A stretch of 58,417 nucleotides of DNA, counting the filler, from Basidioascus undulatus (Eukaryota): the NCBI GenBank assembly GCA_000826855.1. It is 3 parts of 3 records of this genome, joined end to end, with 100 filler letters (N's around TTAATTAATTAA, not from the genome) between each part and the next. Parts side by side here need not be neighbours in the genome. Positions count along the whole stretch, not along the records: positions 28,173 to 58,417 come from JTLS01000113.1; 2 more parts are not named here. One strand, written 5' to 3'. The notes under the pieces are model-generated. The model made no database searches and was not told the DNA's origin. It saw nothing but the letters and a program-made list of their open reading frames with translations. This document shows positions 54,907 to 58,417 of this stretch, in pieces; within the stretch, counting starts at the first letter, position 1; each line of letters opens with the position of its first letter. The position numbers were made by a program, and so were the translations under genes.

Positions 54907-56135
54907 TCAAGCAGCGGGCCCCACCAAGCGGTGCGTAACGCTCGCAACCTCCCCGTCTTCCCCCCTCGCAATCCGATACTCCCACCACCCCACGCACACC
55001 CTCGACGTATACTGCATGAGATCCCACCTCGTCTTCACCTCGCTCGGCAGGCGCACGACCTCCAGCTCCCTCAGCTCGCTTGCGAACGCACGCGCAACCT
55101 TGCCCGCCTTCGCCGCAGCGGCGTCCTCGAACACGGCATCGAGCGCGCGCAGGTCATCGCGCATCGCCTTGACGGACTCGTTCGCCGCCAGGCTGTGCTT
55201 CAAAGCCGAGACGTAGTACCCGTGCGGGCCGTTCCGCTCGACGGCGCGGATCAGGTCGTCGTAGACTGTGTTGAGCGCGTCGACTGCCGGGAGGAGGTCC
55301 GGGTTCCGCGCGCGATCGGGTGGGTCGACGTAGACGCGCAGGAACTTGAGCTTCGACACACGCTCGGCGAGGAGAACGCGCAGCTGTTGGAAGTACTCCG
55401 TGTGGTAAGCGGACGAAGAGGCCAAGGGACTCGGAAAGGAAGACACACTTCGTCAGGCGACGTGGCGTGGAGGTGCAGGACCGGCAGTGTGAGCGAAGTG
55501 AGGTGCGGGAATTCGGCGAGTATGGCAGTGAGGTCGTCGATCTCCGAGCTGCGCCAGTACTCGATGCCAGACAGGTCGAGCGCGGAGATGCTCTCCCTCA
55601 GGCGGGGACAGCACGCGAGGAGGTACTGTGGGCTGTCGCCCATGCGCAGCGTTTTGAGCCTGGGCGCCCGCGCAAAGGCAAGCTTGTGCCCGTCGCCCTT
55701 GGCGCGCGTGTACCACCCGCGCCGCCATGACAGGCTCTCCAGCCCCGAGAGGGACGCGAGGAAGCGGTCGAGCGCCCGGCCGATCCCTTGCCCGAGCGGG
55801 AACCCGGCGATCACGGTGAGATGCCTTGTCGCGCCGAGCTCCCTGAACGTTCATCCCAGGGCTCCATATCACCTTCAGAGGTGGGATACTGCGCACCGGA
55901 TAAGCCCTGCAGCACCGCAAGAGACGATCCCCCTCATCCTCGCCCCGTCCGCACCCGCCTGCGCTTCGACGCGTGCGGATGCCCACAGCAGCGGTCGGGT
56001 GACGGCGCGCAGCTGGGAGGACGCGAGGCAGAGCTGCCGGAGCGCGAATATGGAGCCTGTACGGGTGTTGGGGTCATAGTCAAGGTAGTTCACGATCTGC
56101 GAGAGTGTTTCAATTGGGAGCTGGGGCTGCGGCAT
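54907..56135 (-). CDS. F-box/LRR-like protein, about 2 introns
   Basis: MPQPQLPIETLSQIVNYL...LRQLCLASSQLRAVTRPLLW F-box-like start, with LRR-like LSGLESLSW, APRLKTLRM and FPHLTSLTL. Confidence 0.72.
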
Positions 56136-57758
56136 CGTGGACGTTGCGGGCAAGGAGCGAGGGACGGGGGCGCGACACGAACGGATGCTTTTGGACGCGT
56201 TTTCTTTTCTCCGTGGCACCGCATGCAGAGGCGCGATCCACGGAGTTAACTGCGATATGAGATGTCTGAACTCAGGAGCAAACAGAAAAGAACAACTTGC
56301 CCGAGAAACATGCACCTGGAGGACTGCCAGCGCTGAGGAGGCTGCAAAGGGCTGCATTTGTACAATGCAGCCGAGTTTCACCGTCATTTTCACCGTCCCT
56401 GGGCTTGACCGAATCTTCAGCAAATCGAATGATAACTCTCACATATTTGCATTGCAAGTTGAACCTGCAAATTGGCAGATTGGCAGTCTTCAAGTGTAAC
56501 GTCCACACGGCGGCCGTTTTCGCTGCCTTCCTCCTTCGACAACATCTCAATCGTAAGCAACCCCAGCACGCAATTCCCTCTCACAGTGATTCTTTAAGTT
56601 CCTATTCATGCACTCGACATCCGTCATTCAGCCGGCACAGAACGTCCACGAGTGACGAGCACTCCGCGAGCCTCGTCGGACTCACAGCCTCTCTCCGTTT
56701 CGTTCCTCCACTCACTACAGCCATCATCTTCCCAACCAGCCCGATCTGCCCTCAATAATCCAACGATTCCCATCCCCCAATCTCGAGAACGACGGGCGCC
56801 CCACAGCACACTCAGAAGTCCCGCTCCCACCGACTGATTCGCATATTGTCCACAGCCCGACCTCGTCGCCACCTCGCGCTTCACCTTCCGCACGCCGAAG
56901 GGGGAACCGCATATCCTTGGCCCGGATCAGGTGAAGGGTAAGGATGAGAAGGAAGGGAAGCGAAGAAGGTACGCGCGTCAATGTGCCTTTGCTCGGCAGC
57001 AAGGCTGAACAGTGGGGTCAAGGAGGTTAGGAGGGGAAGGAGCAGGGGAAGAGGGAGAAGCAATGATAAGTGGGTTCACAGTAAATACCAGAAACTCTGT
57101 GTGTTGATGTTTGAGAAGACGTCGGTGGGTTCTGACTTCTGAGTCTGAGCTTTCGAACAGATCGCTGAACATGCATGTAGTCGTTTCGTTGTGGGACGGT
57201 TCCCTCATGTCACAAGGCTGGATTAAAACATAATAAGTCCGGAAATACAAAGCTCGATCTCAACAGTGAGTATCCTGAGGGGTGTGTTCTTTTGGAAGAC
57301 CAGTGCAGCGCCAGCAGTAGTTGTTTCGTTTTCGCGAGTTGCGGCCGCCAGAGAGCAGAGATGTCGTCCCAGTGCTCTGCTTACATTGGTCTCAAGGTGC
57401 TCTGTACCAAAGGTTCATATATTGTTAGATCGTGGTCATGGTTGTGTGAGCACAGCAGCATCGTTTTTTGCGGTGGTGTCTCCAGCGGACTGTAGCAGTA
57501 CGCGTGCTGTACGAGAATTGAAGAGTTGACTATGTATACATAGGACTAACTTGCACTGATCGAAATATTAGAGGTTCACGACTTGTTTTCCATGGGCAGG
57601 GAAGGACTTGACATTGCCCTGGTGACGTTGACAGTGACTGTCGCATTCGCAACCCTAACGTCGACTGCAGCTTGCGAGGCCTCGTCCCCACAGTCACTCC
57701 AACTTCCACCATATCCACTTTCATCTTCTCATCTCGCAAAATCCCCTCAGAACTCACG

Positions 57759-58417
57759 ATGGTTGTGCGTCTTCTCCCCGCACCCCGCGCCCGCCGCGGT
57801 CTTCGCGCTCCCAGAGCCATAGAGACGCGCAGGCGGCGGAACGCACGACCGCGCTCGACGTCGCATGAGCTGACAGTGGCGACGGCTTGGTGGGCGCGAG
57901 CAGAAGCTCACGATCAAAAATCTGCAGCAAAAGGTCTTCCAGATCGACGCTGAGCTGTCCGAAACGGTGGGTCCTCATCCAGCGCGGCGGGGGAGGGAGC
58001 AGCGGGAGGCTGACGGGAAGGGGGGGAATGCTCGCCGCAGGTTCTGGATGTCAAGCAGAAAATCCAGGCGGAGCAGGGCCACGATGTTGCCGCGCAGAAG
58101 CTCATCTTCTCTGGCAAGGTGCGCTTTGCCTGATGCGCTCGGGTGCGGCTGGAGGGGGGAGGCGGGGCTGACCTTGGCCGTCTTCCCGTCTTCCGCAGAT
58201 CCTGGCGGACGACCGGACGGTCGAGAGCTTGCAGATTAAGGACAAGGACTTCTTGGTCGTGATGGTCTCCAAGGTGCGAAGTATCTTCCTCCCAGCGTCC
58301 TTCCCGATACTCAATCCCAGAGGGAACCCACAGCCCAAGCTGGCCCCCGCCGCCTCGACTTCCACCCCCGCCCCTGCTCCCACCTCCACCTCCGCCGCTC
58401 CCTCGACCCCCGCCCCC
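57759..58417 (+). CDS. RAD23: UV excision repair / ubiquitin receptor Rad23, 5' part
   Basis: MV / KLTIKNLQQKVFQIDAELSET / VLDVKQKIQAEQGHDVAAQKLIFSGK / ILADDRTVESLQIKDKDFLVVMVSK / PK plus a Pro/Ala/Ser/Thr linker. This is a Rad23-type UBL domain. Confidence 0.92.

Noticed and set aside
54802..56079. 425-aa plus-strand ORF
   Set aside because: Antisense to the F-box-like gene and an artefact of codon bias.

Overview
Eukaryotic, GC-rich, very intron-dense fungal DNA. Short GT-AG introns with GTGCGT/GTGAGT donors and CTGAC/CTCAC-like branch points point to a basidiomycete. Two 100-nt scaffold gaps each carry a TTAATTAATTAA linker. Genes rebuilt by manual splicing: hexose-6-phosphate 1-epimerase (-), a probable gamma-tubulin complex protein running into a gap (+), two F-box-like proteins (-), a Mid2-like membrane protein (+), S-formylglutathione hydrolase (+), coatomer gamma (-), acetyl-CoA hydrolase ACH1 (+, 22 exons), a PPR protein (+), ALG14 (+), a multi-TM DUF6533-like protein (+), an SDR with a PTS2 motif (-), ARF6 (-), a peptidase C45 (-) and the 5' end of RAD23 (+). 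Between these intact genes lie many disabled genes, two pairs of inverted duplications and a CpG-poor hAT-like relic. The best-supported oddities are a required 2-nt micro-exon in ACH1, the inverted duplications bracketing gene blocks, and decay of accessory genes beside intact housekeeping genes. I found no convincing new multi-gene system. Family assignments come from motif recognition by eye, not database searches.
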